The notes beneath the pieces are model-generated. The model saw nothing but the letters and a program-made list of their open reading frames with translations. It did not search any database and was not told the DNA's origin. Below are positions 25,540-34,727 of a stretch of DNA of 64,000 bases, piece by piece. The stretch comes from Bacteroidales bacterium. GTDB lineage: Bacteria; Bacteroidota; Bacteroidia; Bacteroidales; P3. Position 1 is the stretch's first letter, and each line of letters begins with the position of its first letter. The stretch is taken from contig JBGUXP010000011.1 of NCBI GenBank assembly GCA_045222295.1, positions 21,643 through 85,642 on the forward strand, given 5' to 3'. The translations under genes and the position numbers were made by a program.

Positions 25540-28500
25540 CAGGCTTTCTTGATACTAATGATGGTATTCTGCCCGTCAAGGAGTTCGATGGGTGTGCCAT
25601 CCTTCACCTCGGGAACGAGGGTCAGCGAGGTACAGAGGGTCTCGGAACAGATGTAGTCGCGGTGACGCTCCACAGCGGCATTCCATTCGCCGCCCTGCAG
25701 TTCGACAACGATGCGGTCGGTGACCTCAAAGCCCTCCTTACGGATATTCTGGATGCGGTTCACCAGCTCGCGAGCGATACCTTCGTCGATGAGCTCGGGG
25801 CTAAGCTGTATGTCGAGAGCCACGGTGAGCGAGCCATCGTTGGCCACCACCCACCCGGGGATGTCCTGCGTGGCGATCTCCACATCGGTAAGCAGAACCT
25901 CGCAGTCCTGACCTTCGACGCTGACCATGCAACGGCCCTCAGCCTCGAGGGCGTTGATCTGCTGCTGGTCAAAAGCCATGATGGCGGCACCAAGAGCCTT
26001 CATCACCTTGCCATAGCGGGGACCAAGAGTCTTGAAATTAGGTTTAATCTTCTTCACCAGCAGGTCGTTGTCGGCAGCAAGGAACTCCACCTCCTTGACG
26101 TTGAGCTCGGAGCAGATGAGGTGCTGCACACGCTCAATCTGGGCTTTCATGGCTTCGTCACGGACAGGAATGACAATCTTCTGCAACGGCTGACGTACGC
26201 GGAGGTTGCTCTTCTTACGCAGACCCAGCACCATAGAACAGACCTTCTGAGCCAGTTGCATACGCTCCTCAAGGGCTTTGTCAATCATCTCCTCATGCAC
26301 TTCGGGGAAGCCGAGATGGTGCACCGACTCGACATTGTGGCGTTTGGTGACAGCATTGAGGTCGAGGAACATTCGCTCGCTGAAGAAAGGAGCGATGGGA
26401 GCCATGAGGCGGCTGAGGGTCTCGAGGCAGGTATAGAGTGTCTGATAAGCACTCTTCTTATCGTCGGTAATCTCACCACGCCAGAAACGACGACGGCAGA
26501 GACGCACATACCAGTTGCTAAGGTAGGCATCCACGAAAGTGCTGATGGCACGACCGGCACGCGTAGGCTCATAGTCCTCCATGGCATCGCCGACAGTCTT
26601 TACCAGCGTATTGAGCTCAGAGAGAATCCAGCGGTCAATCTCGGGTCGATCTTTAATTGCAATGTCGGCTTGACTATAGTCGAAACCATCAAGGTTGGCA
26701 TAGAGGGCAAAGAAGCTATAGGTGTTGTAGAGTGTGCCGAAGAGCTTTCTCCTCACCTCGTCGACACCTTCGACGTCGAACTTCAGGTTGTCCCACGGCT
26801 GGCTGTTGGTAATCATATACCAGCGGGTAGCATCAGGGCCGTATTTAGCGAGAGTCTCGAAGGGGTCGACGGCGTTTCCGAGGCGCTTCGACATCTTGTT
26901 ACCGTTCTTGTCGAGCACCAATCCGTTACTGATGACGTTCTTGAAGGCCACACTGTCGAAGCACATGGTGCCGATGGCGTGGAGCGTGTAGAACCAACCA
27001 CGGGTCTGGTCGACACCTTCGGCGATGAAGTCAGCCGGGAACTCGGTGGCCTTGAGCTCTTCACCCATGTAGTGAATCTGGGCGTAGGGCATGGCGCCGC
27101 TGTCGAACCACACGTCGATGAGGTCGGGCTCGCGGCGCATGGGCTTACCACTGTCGCTGACGAGCACCACATTGTCGATATAGGGACGGTGCAGGTCGAA
27201 GTCCTTGTAGTCACCAGAGTATGGGTTCTCCTTCATCAAGCCGGCCTTGATGGCTTTCTCGATTTCGGCGCTGAGTTCCTTCACGCTGCCGATGCACTTT
27301 TCCTCCTTGCCATCCTCGGTGCGCCAGATGGGCAGCGGGGTGCCCCAGTAGCGGGAGCGGCTGAGGTTCCAGTCGACGATATTCTCCAGCCAGTTGCCGA
27401 AACGGCCGCTACCGGTGGCTTCGGGCTTCCAGTTGATGGTCTTGTTGAGCTCTATCATGCGCTCCTTGAGGGCGGTGGTTCGGATAAACCAGCTGTCGAG
27501 GGGATAGTAGAGCACGGGCTTGTCGGTACGCCAGCAGTGGGGATAGCTGTGGGTGTGTTTCTCGCTCTTGAATAGTTTCTTCTGTTCCTTGAGCATGATA
27601 ACCAACTCCACATCAAGGCTCATATCCTTCTCACCCTTGGTGGGGTCGTAGGCGTTCTTGACGAACTTGCCGGCATGCTGGCTGTAGAGCGCCACATTGA
27701 CGTTGGCTTTCACCCATTCGGGGTCGAGTTCCTCAATGGGAGCAAAGCGGCCCTGCTTGTCAACCATGGGCATCTGCTTGCCATCGCGGTCGAAGAGCAG
27801 CAGGTCACCAATGCCGGCCTTCTTGGCCACACGGGCATCGTCGGCGCCAAAGGTAGGTGCGATATGCACGATACCGGTACCGTCCTCAGTGGTGACATAG
27901 TCGCCCAAGATGATACGGAAACTTCCCTTGTCACTCACCTCAGTAGGTTTCACCCAAGGAATAAGCTGTTCATAGTGCAGACCTTCCAGGTCTTTACCCT
28001 TGCACTCGCCGACAATCTTATACTCCGGCGACTTGCCCTCGGGGAACATCGAGCCCACCAGCGGCTTGGCCATGATAATGCGGCAGGGCTCCTCGGTATA
28101 GGGATGAGTGGTCTCCAGCAACACATAGTCGATATTGGGTCCCACGCAGAGGGCAGTATTGCTGGGAAGAGTCCACGGAGTGGTAGTCCACGCGATAGCG
28201 TAGGTAGTCATGTCGGATTTTCCGGAGAATCCAGACACTCCAGAAAGTCCGGACGTGATACGGAACATCGCCACGCAGGTGGTATCCTTCACGTCGCGGT
28301 AGCAGCCAGGCATATTGAGCTCATGGCTCGAAAGACCGGTGCCAGCAGCGGGGCTGTAGGGCTGGATGGTGTAGCCCTTATAAAGCAGACCCTTATCGTA
28401 GAGCTTCTTTAGCAGGAACCAAAGAGTCTCGATATACTCGTTATTGAAAGTGATATAGGGGTTCTTGAGGTCAACCCAGTAGCCCATCACGCGTGTCAGC

Positions 28501-28898
28501 TCGTCCCACAGATCCTTGTATTTCAACACCTCAGTACGACAGGCATGGTTATATTCGTCAACACTAATCTTCTTGCCAATATCCTCCTTGGTGATGCCGA
28601 GATTCTTCTCCACGCCCAGCTCCACAGGCAGACCGTGAGTGTCCCAGCCGGCCTTGCGGTCGACGAAATAACCCTTCTGCGCCTTATAACGGCAGAAGAC
28701 ATCCTTGATGGTGCGAGCCATCACGTGGTGGATGCCTGGCTTGCCGTTGGCACTCGGGGGGCCATCATAGAACACATAGGCGGGATGCCCTTCGGCCAGT
28801 TTCTGTCCCTTCTCAAAAGTCTCATTCTCCTCCCAGTAACGGCGGATGTCGGTGCCAATCTGGGTCAAATTAAGCTGCTTATACTCGTTATATGCCAT
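25539..28898 (-). CDS. ileS: Isoleucyl-tRNA synthetase (type 2)
   Basis: 1119 aa; HIGH-type PSANGKPGIHH motif and KMSKRLGN motif. Confidence 0.97.
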   Translation of the reverse strand: MAYNEYKQLNLTQIGTDIRRYWEENETFEKGQKLAEGHPAYVFYDGPPSANGKPGIHHVMARTIKDVFCRYKAQKGYFVDRKAGWDTHGLPVELGVEKNLGITKEDIGKKISVDEYNHACRTEVLKYKDLWDELTRVMGYWVDLKNPYITFNNEYIETLWFLLKKLYDKGLLYKGYTIQPYSPAAGTGLSSHELNMPGCYRDVKDTTCVAMFRITSGLSGVSGFSGKSDMTTYAIAWTTTPWTLPSNTALCVGPNIDYVLLETTHPYTEEPCRIIMAKPLVGSMFPEGKSPEYKIVGECKGKDLEGLHYEQLIPWVKPTEVSDKGSFRIILGDYVTTEDGTGIVHIAPTFGADDARVAKKAGIGDLLLFDRDGKQMPMVDKQGRFAPIEELDPEWVKANVNVALYSQHAGKFVKNAYDPTKGEKDMSLDVELVIMLKEQKKLFKSEKHTHSYPHCWRTDKPVLYYPLDSWFIRTTALKERMIELNKTINWKPEATGSGRFGNWLENIVDWNLSRSRYWGTPLPIWRTEDGKEEKCIGSVKELSAEIEKAIKAGLMKENPYSGDYKDFDLHRPYIDNVVLVSDSGKPMRREPDLIDVWFDSGAMPYAQIHYMGEELKATEFPADFIAEGVDQTRGWFYTLHAIGTMCFDSVAFKNVISNGLVLDKNGNKMSKRLGNAVDPFETLAKYGPDATRWYMITNSQPWDNLKFDVEGVDEVRRKLFGTLYNTYSFFALYANLDGFDYSQADIAIKDRPEIDRWILSELNTLVKTVGDAMEDYEPTRAGRAISTFVDAYLSNWYVRLCRRRFWRGEITDDKKSAYQTLYTCLETLSRLMAPIAPFFSERMFLDLNAVTKRHNVESVHHLGFPEVHEEMIDKALEERMQLAQKVCSMVLGLRKKSNLRVRQPLQKIVIPVRDEAMKAQIERVQHLICSELNVKEVEFLAADNDLLVKKIKPNFKTLGPRYGKVMKALGAAIMAFDQQQINALEAEGRCMVSVEGQDCEVLLTDVEIATQDIPGWVVANDGSLTVALDIQLSPELIDEGIARELVNRIQNIRKEGFEVTDRIVVELQGGEWNAAVERHRDYICSETLCTSLTLVPEVKDGTPIELLDGQNTIISIKKA
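28213..28257. repeat. 9-nt tandem repeat (CCRGANNNT-like x5) in-frame in ileS
   Basis: TCGGATTTT CCGGAGAAT CCAGACACT CCAGAAAGT CCGGACGTG. Encodes SGLSGVSGFSGKS. Confidence 0.75.
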
Positions 28899-28964
28899 AT
28901 TATATATATATTATTTATTCATACACAAAGCGTTGGCAAAAAAGAAAACCAACAAATTAAATAG

Positions 28965-28972
28965 CAAAGATA
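28965..28972 (-). promoter_or_regulatory. -7 box TATCTTTG for ileS
   Basis: TAnnTTTG match on the minus strand, 67 nt upstream of the ATG. Confidence 0.45.
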
Positions 28973-28999
28973 CGAAAAATATCTCTAACAGAGACAAAA

Positions 29000-29039
29000 A
29001 AACATAAAAAAAACCTCCCTGGTTCGCAAACCAAGGAGG
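29000..29039 (-). terminator. Terminator after the rpmG-DUF4295 unit
   Basis: Stem CCTCCCTGG/CCAAGGAGG followed by a T-run on the minus strand. Confidence 0.65.
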
Positions 29040-29085
29040 CCAAAACAAAAGCGTATGAAAAAAATTATTATCCTTTTCTCTGGAA

Positions 29086-29241
29086 TTATTTCTTTTTCAG
29101 GTACTCCTGCACATTGTCAGAGGGGACAATCTCCTCGGAGAACATGTAAGCGTTGGTCTTGGGAGAACGTACCATGCGAATCACTTTTGCAAAACTCTTA
29201 CCAGAAGAGGTTTTCAGGGTAGCAACAACTTTCTTTGCCAT
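29086..29241 (-). CDS. DUF4295 family small protein (51 aa)
   Basis: Translation MAKKVVATLKTSSGKSFAKVIRMVRSPKTNAYMFSEEIVPSDNVQEYLKKK. It sits just downstream of rpmG, as is usual in Bacteroidota. It is below the ORF-track size cutoff. Confidence 0.7.
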   Translation of the reverse strand: MAKKVVATLKTSSGKSFAKVIRMVRSPKTNAYMFSEEIVPSDNVQEYLKKK

Positions 29242-29263
29242 AGTTTATTTCTCCTTATATATT

Positions 29264-29452
29264 TTACTTGATTTCTTTGTGAACGGTCATTTTTTTCAAG
29301 AAGGGGTTGTATTTCTTGAGCTCCAAACGCTCAGGAGTATTCTTCTTGTTCTTGGTGGTGATGTAACGGCTCATGCCGGGGACACCGCTAGCTTTCTGTT
29401 CTGTGCATTCAAGGATCACCTGGACCCGTGCGTCTTTATTTTTCTTTGCCAT
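29264..29452 (-). CDS. rpmG: 50S ribosomal protein L33
   Basis: 62 aa, [36 protein letters not shown]. Confidence 0.93.
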   Translation of the reverse strand: MAKKNKDARVQVILECTEQKASGVPGMSRYITTKNKKNTPERLELKKYNPFLKKMTVHKEIK

Positions 29453-29540
29453 GACTTAATTGTTTTCAATTTTCATAACTGACTGAATTCCATGAAAGAA
29501 AGAGCATCACAATCATTTCACTGGCCATTCAAATCGGTTG

Positions 29541-29548
29541 CAAAAATA
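29541..29548 (-). promoter_or_regulatory. -7 box TATTTTTG for rpmG
   Basis: TAnnTTTG match on the minus strand, 89 nt upstream. Confidence 0.4.
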
Positions 29549-29662
29549 CGAACATTTTTGAAACTGACAAAAAAAAATTCAAAAAACCTCTTTTTTTTCT
29601 TCTTTCAACCCTCCTCTAAGATTCAATTTCACCCGCATTCCACAACATTGGTTTTCATATAG

Positions 29663-29730
29663 TTAATATGTTGTTCTTATGTTGTTCTTTAGATTAAATC
29701 ATAAGAACAACATAAGAACAACATTATATC
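29663..29730. repeat. Intergenic palindromic repeat, family D, copy 1
   Basis: (ATGTTGTTCTT)x2, a 13-nt loop, then (AAGAACAACAT)x2: 22-nt perfect arms. Near-identical copy at 51170-51237. Confidence 0.85.
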
Positions 29731-29829
29731 AGTATTGGAAATGAGCAACTTAAGGACACCTTATTCATTGCATACAGGAAGATTTCCAGGTTGAATGAAA
29801 ATGTTTGCGCACAAATGTAAAAAATAATG

Positions 29830-29837
29830 TATATTTG
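29830..29837 (+). promoter_or_regulatory. -7 box TATATTTG for pfkA
   Basis: TAnnTTTG match 98 nt upstream. Confidence 0.4.
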
Positions 29838-29934
29838 TAACTTACAACAATAAGCATTGAAAACCAATAACTAGTTATCCCACAACACGATAAATAAACA
29901 TTGAAACACTAACATAGGAAAGGAAATCCCGAAT

Positions 29935-31035
29935 ATGGCACTGAAAAGAGTGATGGTACTTACCGGCGGCGGCGACTGTCCTGGACTGAACGCCGTCATC
30001 CGCGGCATTGTAAAACGCGCCTCGCAGGCAGGCGACTGGGAGGTCATCGGCTGCATCGAATCGTTCAACGGTGTACTACGCGAGCCGACGGAGATTGTGG
30101 AGCTCACGGAGAAGACCGTCGAAGGTCTTCAGATTCAAGGCGGCACCATTCTTGGCACCACCAACAAGGGCGGCCCCTTTGCCTGGCCGGTGAAGAACAA
30201 CGACGGCAGCTGGACCACCGTGGACCGCAGCGACGAGATGCTACGCAAACTCCAGTATATGGGCGTGGATGCCGTCATCAACATCGGCGGCGACGGCAGC
30301 CAGCGCATCTCGCTGGGGCTGGCCAAGAAAGGTCTGAAAATCGTGGGAGTTCCCAAGACCATTGACAACGACCTGTCGATGACCGACTACACCTTCGGCT
30401 TCCAGACGGCTGTGCAGATTTGCACCGATGCCATCGACAAACTGGTCACCACGGCAGCCAGCCACAACCGCGTGTTTATCCTCGAGGTGATGGGACGCGA
30501 CGCGGGATGGATAGCGCTGCACAGCGCCATCGCCGGCGGCGCCGACATATGTCTCATCCCCGAAATACCCTACGACATCAACAAGGTCAAAGCCAAGATA
30601 GAGCAGCGCTACAACAAGCGCCGTGGCTACTGCATCATCGTCGTTGCCGAAGGTGCTGTGGCCAAGGGCGGCAGCGTGGTGGGAAGCATCACCGGAGAGG
30701 TGGGCTACCAGCATGTGAAACTCGGCGGCGTGGGCGAACAACTGGCCGCCGACCTCAAGGCTACGGGCGTGGAGCACGACATACGCTACACCATCCTCGG
30801 ACACCTGCAGCGCGGTGGCACTCCCATCGCTTTCGACCGCGTACTGGCTACCGAGTTCGGCGTCCGCGCCATGGAGTTTGTCATGGAGGGTCGCTTCGGC
30901 CAGATGGTTGCCTACCACCACCCCGACATTGTTGGAATTCCTCTCGAAGAAGCTGTGCGTGAGCAGAATCTCGTGGCTCCCGACAGCCGCTTAGTCCATA
31001 CCGCCAAGGGCGTGGGTATCGAGTTTGGTGATTAA
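29935..31035 (+). CDS. pfkA: 6-phosphofructokinase
   Basis: LTGGGDCPGLNAVIRG, GGDGS and PKTIDND motifs. Confidence 0.92.
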   Translation: MALKRVMVLTGGGDCPGLNAVIRGIVKRASQAGDWEVIGCIESFNGVLREPTEIVELTEKTVEGLQIQGGTILGTTNKGGPFAWPVKNNDGSWTTVDRSDEMLRKLQYMGVDAVINIGGDGSQRISLGLAKKGLKIVGVPKTIDNDLSMTDYTFGFQTAVQICTDAIDKLVTTAASHNRVFILEVMGRDAGWIALHSAIAGGADICLIPEIPYDINKVKAKIEQRYNKRRGYCIIVVAEGAVAKGGSVVGSITGEVGYQHVKLGGVGEQLAADLKATGVEHDIRYTILGHLQRGGTPIAFDRVLATEFGVRAMEFVMEGRFGQMVAYHHPDIVGIPLEEAVREQNLVAPDSRLVHTAKGVGIEFGD

Positions 31036-31063
31036 ATATTTAATGTATAAACATAATTAAGAA

Positions 31064-31894
31064 ATGAGAAAAACCGGATTGTTGCTAGCCATGACTATCG
31101 TAGCCATGACCGCCGTGTCGTGCGTCACCAAGAAAGAAGAACCCAAAACACTGGTGCTCTATTATTCGCTGACTGGAAACACCAAATTGGTGGCCGAGGA
31201 GATTGCTTCGCAACTCGGTGCCGACATCGAGGAAATTGTCTGTGTGAACCCCTATGACACCAACTTCCAAGCCTGTATCCAGCGTTGCCTTCTGGATCGC
31301 GAGGCCAGTACCGTTACTGAAATCAAACCTGTGAAAGCCGACCTCACAAAGTACGACATCATCTTCATCGGCTATCCCGTGTGGTTCGGCACCTACGCCC
31401 CGCCAATAGCCACCTTCTTGACCAACAACAACCTCAGTGGCAAGAAGATTGTCCCCTTCTGCACCTTCGGTAGCGGTGGACTTGAATCGAGCGTGAATGA
31501 CATAGCTGCCGCACAACCTAACGCCGAGGTGCTGGCAGGCTACGGTGTCCGTGCCGCTCGCCTCGAAGCCATGCCGAAAGAGGTGAACCAATTCTTGATT
31601 GCCAACGGATTCCTCGAAGGTGACTACACTGCTCCTGCCGACTTCCCCGAGCAGCATGAGGTGAATGCCGACGAGGCCGCCATCTTCGATGCCGCCGTCG
31701 GCGGCTACCCGATGCTACACGCCAAAGCCGTGCGTGTTGCCTCCCGCACCCTGCCCAACGGAACCGAATACCTCTTCACCGCTGAGGACATGCCCCGCGA
31801 GGACAAAGCCGATATGCCTCCCGCCGGCGAGTTGCAGGTCTATGTCACCGTCATCGACGGCCAAGCACCCGTCTTCACCAGGGTAGTTCGATAG
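31064..31894 (+). CDS. Flavodoxin-like lipoprotein with a C-terminal extra domain
   Basis: Lipobox (AVSC); LVLYYSLTGNTK flavodoxin FMN-loop motif. Confidence 0.7.
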   Translation: MRKTGLLLAMTIVAMTAVSCVTKKEEPKTLVLYYSLTGNTKLVAEEIASQLGADIEEIVCVNPYDTNFQACIQRCLLDREASTVTEIKPVKADLTKYDIIFIGYPVWFGTYAPPIATFLTNNNLSGKKIVPFCTFGSGGLESSVNDIAAAQPNAEVLAGYGVRAARLEAMPKEVNQFLIANGFLEGDYTAPADFPEQHEVNADEAAIFDAAVGGYPMLHAKAVRVASRTLPNGTEYLFTAEDMPREDKADMPPAGELQVYVTVIDGQAPVFTRVVR

Positions 31895-31913
31895 ACTATT
31901 TCCTCCCAAGCAA

Positions 31914-31952
31914 AATGCCTCCGCACAGTTTTTCAATGCGGAGGCATATTTT
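31914..31952 (+). terminator. Rho-independent terminator
   Basis: Stem ATGCCTCCGCA/TGCGGAGGCAT followed by a T-rich tract. Confidence 0.7.
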
Positions 31953-32002
31953 GTTTATGTCAAAAATATATTAAAAACACTTTGCAGAAGCATTTTTTTT
32001 TG

Positions 32003-32010
32003 TATCTTTG
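32003..32010 (+). promoter_or_regulatory. -7 box TATCTTTG for purH-mreB
   Basis: TAnnTTTG match 86 nt upstream of purH. Confidence 0.5.
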
Positions 32011-32095
32011 CAACTGCAAGCACTGGACAATATGCCACGCAAATGGTATATTGTCAGTGGTTTGTATAATTACATTGTATATAACTTAATAATAA

Positions 32096-33625
32096 ATGGA
32101 ACCTAAACGTATAAAATCAGCCCTCATCTCGGTCTTTTACAAAGACGGCCTTGAGGACATCGTTAAAGCACTCGACGCACAAGGTGTGACTATCTACAGC
32201 ACCGGCGGCACACAGAAATTCATCGAAGAACTGGGCATCAAGCCCGTCGCCGTAGAGAGTCTTACCGGCTATCCCTCCATCCTCGGAGGTCGTGTAAAGA
32301 CGTTGCATCCCAAGGTATTTGGTGGTATCCTAGCCCGTCGCGACAACCAAGGCGACAATAAGCAGTTGACCCAATACGAGATACCGGAGATTGACCTAGT
32401 GATTGTGGATCTCTACCCCTTTGAACAGACCGTTGCCAGCGGTGCCTCGGAGCAGGACATCATCGAGAAGATTGACATCGGAGGCATCAGCCTCATCCGT
32501 GGCGCTGCCAAGAACTATAACGATGTGGTCATAGTGCCCGCCGTGGACTACTACAAGGAGTTCCTGCAGCTCTACACCGAGCAGCAGGGCTGCACCACAT
32601 TGGAACAGCGCCGCCGCTTCGCTGCCTATGCCTTCAATGTGAGCTCACACTACGACACCGCTATCTTCAACCATTTCAACGAGAGCGAGCAGATACCCGT
32701 CTTCAAGCAGAGCTGCAAGCACGGCGAGGTGCTCCGCTACGGTGAGAACCCCCATCAGAAAGGTGTCTTCTACGGCAATATTGAAGACTGTTTCGACAAA
32801 CTCAACGGCAAGGAGATCAGCTATAACAACCTCGGTGACATCGATGCCGCCTGCAGCCTCATCGACGACTTCGAGGGACAGACAGCTTTTGCCATCCTCA
32901 AACACAACAACGCTTGCGGCTTGGCCGTGCGCCCCACCCTGCTGGAAGCTTGGAAGGACGCCCTCGCCGGCGACCCTGTCAGCGCTTTCGGTGGTGTGCT
33001 CATATGCAACCAAAAGGTGACAAAAGAGGTGGCCGACGAGATGCACAAGATTTTCTTTGAGGTCTGCATCGCTCCCGACTATGACGATGACGCCCTCGAG
33101 GTGCTGCGTGGCAAGAAAAACCGCATCATCCTGCGTCGCAAAGGCTTCAAGATGGCCGACCCGATGTTCCGCTCGGTGCTCAACGGGGTGCTGGTACAAG
33201 ATCGCGACAGTGTCGTTCCCACTGCGGCCGACATGCAGAAGAGTGTCACCTCCACTGCCATCACCGCAGCACAAGCTGAGGATCTGGCTTTTGCCACCAT
33301 CCTCGTCAAACATACCAAGAGTAATGCCATCGTGCTGGCCAAAGGCCGTCAGCTCTACGCCAGCGGCACAGGCCAGACGAGCCGCGTCGACGCCCTGCGT
33401 CAAGCTATCGCCAAAGCCAAGAGTTTCGGCTTCGACCTGAACGGTGCCGTGATGGCCAGCGATGCTTTCTTCCCCTTCCCCGACTGCGTGGAGATTGCCC
33501 ATGAGTCCGGCATCGTGGCTGTTGCCCATCCTGGCGGCTCCATCCACGATCAGGATTCTATCGACTATTGCGAGAAAAACAAGATGGGTATGGCCATCAC
33601 CGGAAAACGTCATTTTAAACACTAA
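32096..33625 (+). CDS. purH: Bifunctional AICAR transformylase / IMP cyclohydrolase
   Basis: 509 aa; MGS-like N-terminus (ALISVFYKDGL), GGILARR, C-terminal HPGGSIHD..KRHFKH. Confidence 0.97.
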   Translation: MEPKRIKSALISVFYKDGLEDIVKALDAQGVTIYSTGGTQKFIEELGIKPVAVESLTGYPSILGGRVKTLHPKVFGGILARRDNQGDNKQLTQYEIPEIDLVIVDLYPFEQTVASGASEQDIIEKIDIGGISLIRGAAKNYNDVVIVPAVDYYKEFLQLYTEQQGCTTLEQRRRFAAYAFNVSSHYDTAIFNHFNESEQIPVFKQSCKHGEVLRYGENPHQKGVFYGNIEDCFDKLNGKEISYNNLGDIDAACSLIDDFEGQTAFAILKHNNACGLAVRPTLLEAWKDALAGDPVSAFGGVLICNQKVTKEVADEMHKIFFEVCIAPDYDDDALEVLRGKKNRIILRRKGFKMADPMFRSVLNGVLVQDRDSVVPTAADMQKSVTSTAITAAQAEDLAFATILVKHTKSNAIVLAKGRQLYASGTGQTSRVDALRQAIAKAKSFGFDLNGAVMASDAFFPFPDCVEIAHESGIVAVAHPGGSIHDQDSIDYCEKNKMGMAITGKRHFKH

Positions 33626-33631
33626 TCACCC

Positions 33632-34657
33632 ATGGGACTTTTATCATTCTTCAACCGTGAAGTAGCAATGGACCTTGGCACTGCCAACTCCATCGTGATA
33701 TATAACGACCAGGTTGTCATCGACGAGCCTTCCATCGTCGCCTACGACCGCAACAACAACAAGATTATCGCCGTCGGCAAGGAAGCCCAGCGCATGGACG
33801 GCCGTACCGACAACAAGAATATCGAGACCGTGCGTCCGCTGCGCGGAGGTGTCATTGCCGACTTCGAGATGGCCCAGCACCTCATCCGCGAACTCATCGG
33901 CATGACCAATGTCAACCGTTCGTTCCTGCCGCCGTCGCTCCGCATGGTCATCTGCATCCCCAGCGGCATCACCAATGTCGAAGAGCGCGCCGTGCGCGAA
34001 AGCGCCGAGCAGGCGGGTGCCAAAGAGATTCGTATGATTCACGAGCCCATGGCCGCCGCCATCGGTATCGGTATCGACGTGCTGCAGCCGGAAGGCCACA
34101 TGGTGGTAGACATCGGAGGTGGTACCGCCGAGATTGCCGTCATCTCGCTAGGTGGCATCGTGTGCAACAACTCCATCCGCGTGGCTGGTGACGTATTCAA
34201 CGACAATGTGGTGGACTACATGAAACGCCAGCACAACATGGTTATCGGCGTACGCATGGCCGAAAAGGTAAAGATTGCTGTCGGCGCCGCTGTCAGCGAG
34301 CTCCAAGATCCTCCCGAGGACTTCCGTACCTTGGGCCGCGACCTCCTCACTGGTCTTCCCAAGGAAATCAGTGTCAACTACAAGGAGATTGCCCACGCCC
34401 TCGACCGCTCCATCGCCCAGATTGAGCAGGCCATCCTCGATACCCTCGCCGCCACACCTCCAGAGCTGGCCGCCGATATCTACAAGACCGGCATCTATCT
34501 AGCCGGCGGTGGTGCCCTGCTGCGCGGACTCGACCAGCGTGTCAGCAGCAAGACCAAACTGCAAGTCCACATCGCCGACGACCCCCTGCGTGCCGTCGCC
34601 CGTGGTACCGGCATTGCCCTCAAGAACTTTAACAAGTTCTCCTTCCTCATCCGATAA
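33632..34657 (+). CDS. mreB: Rod shape-determining protein MreB
   Basis: MGLLSFF..DLGTANS, actin-fold phosphate motifs, DIGGGT. Confidence 0.96.
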   Translation: MGLLSFFNREVAMDLGTANSIVIYNDQVVIDEPSIVAYDRNNNKIIAVGKEAQRMDGRTDNKNIETVRPLRGGVIADFEMAQHLIRELIGMTNVNRSFLPPSLRMVICIPSGITNVEERAVRESAEQAGAKEIRMIHEPMAAAIGIGIDVLQPEGHMVVDIGGGTAEIAVISLGGIVCNNSIRVAGDVFNDNVVDYMKRQHNMVIGVRMAEKVKIAVGAAVSELQDPPEDFRTLGRDLLTGLPKEISVNYKEIAHALDRSIAQIEQAILDTLAATPPELAADIYKTGIYLAGGGALLRGLDQRVSSKTKLQVHIADDPLRAVARGTGIALKNFNKFSFLIR

Positions 34658-34673
34658 CTGAGGACATATAAAA

Positions 34674-34710
34674 AGAAGGCGGCAGCATCCAATGATGCTG
34701 CCGCCTTCTT
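34674..34710. terminator. Bidirectional terminator (mreB / dacB)
   Basis: 16-bp stem AGAAGGCGGCAGCATC/GATGCTGCCGCCTTCT with flanking A- and T-runs. Confidence 0.8.
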
Positions 34711-34727
34711 TTTATATTATTACATTA

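Noticed and set aside
25662-27575. 637-aa plus-strand ORF antisense to ileS (and 27675-28412)
   Set aside because: Same reasoning: it is antisense to a complete IleRS that has its signature motifs, and its own translation has no recognisable domain.
32011-32095. ZTP (pfl) or other purine-related riboswitch in the purH leader
   Set aside because: The leader has one simple hairpin (CACTGGACAATAT...ATATTGTCAGTG). It lacks the conserved ZTP pseudoknot sequences as I remember them. I have no support for a riboswitch call.
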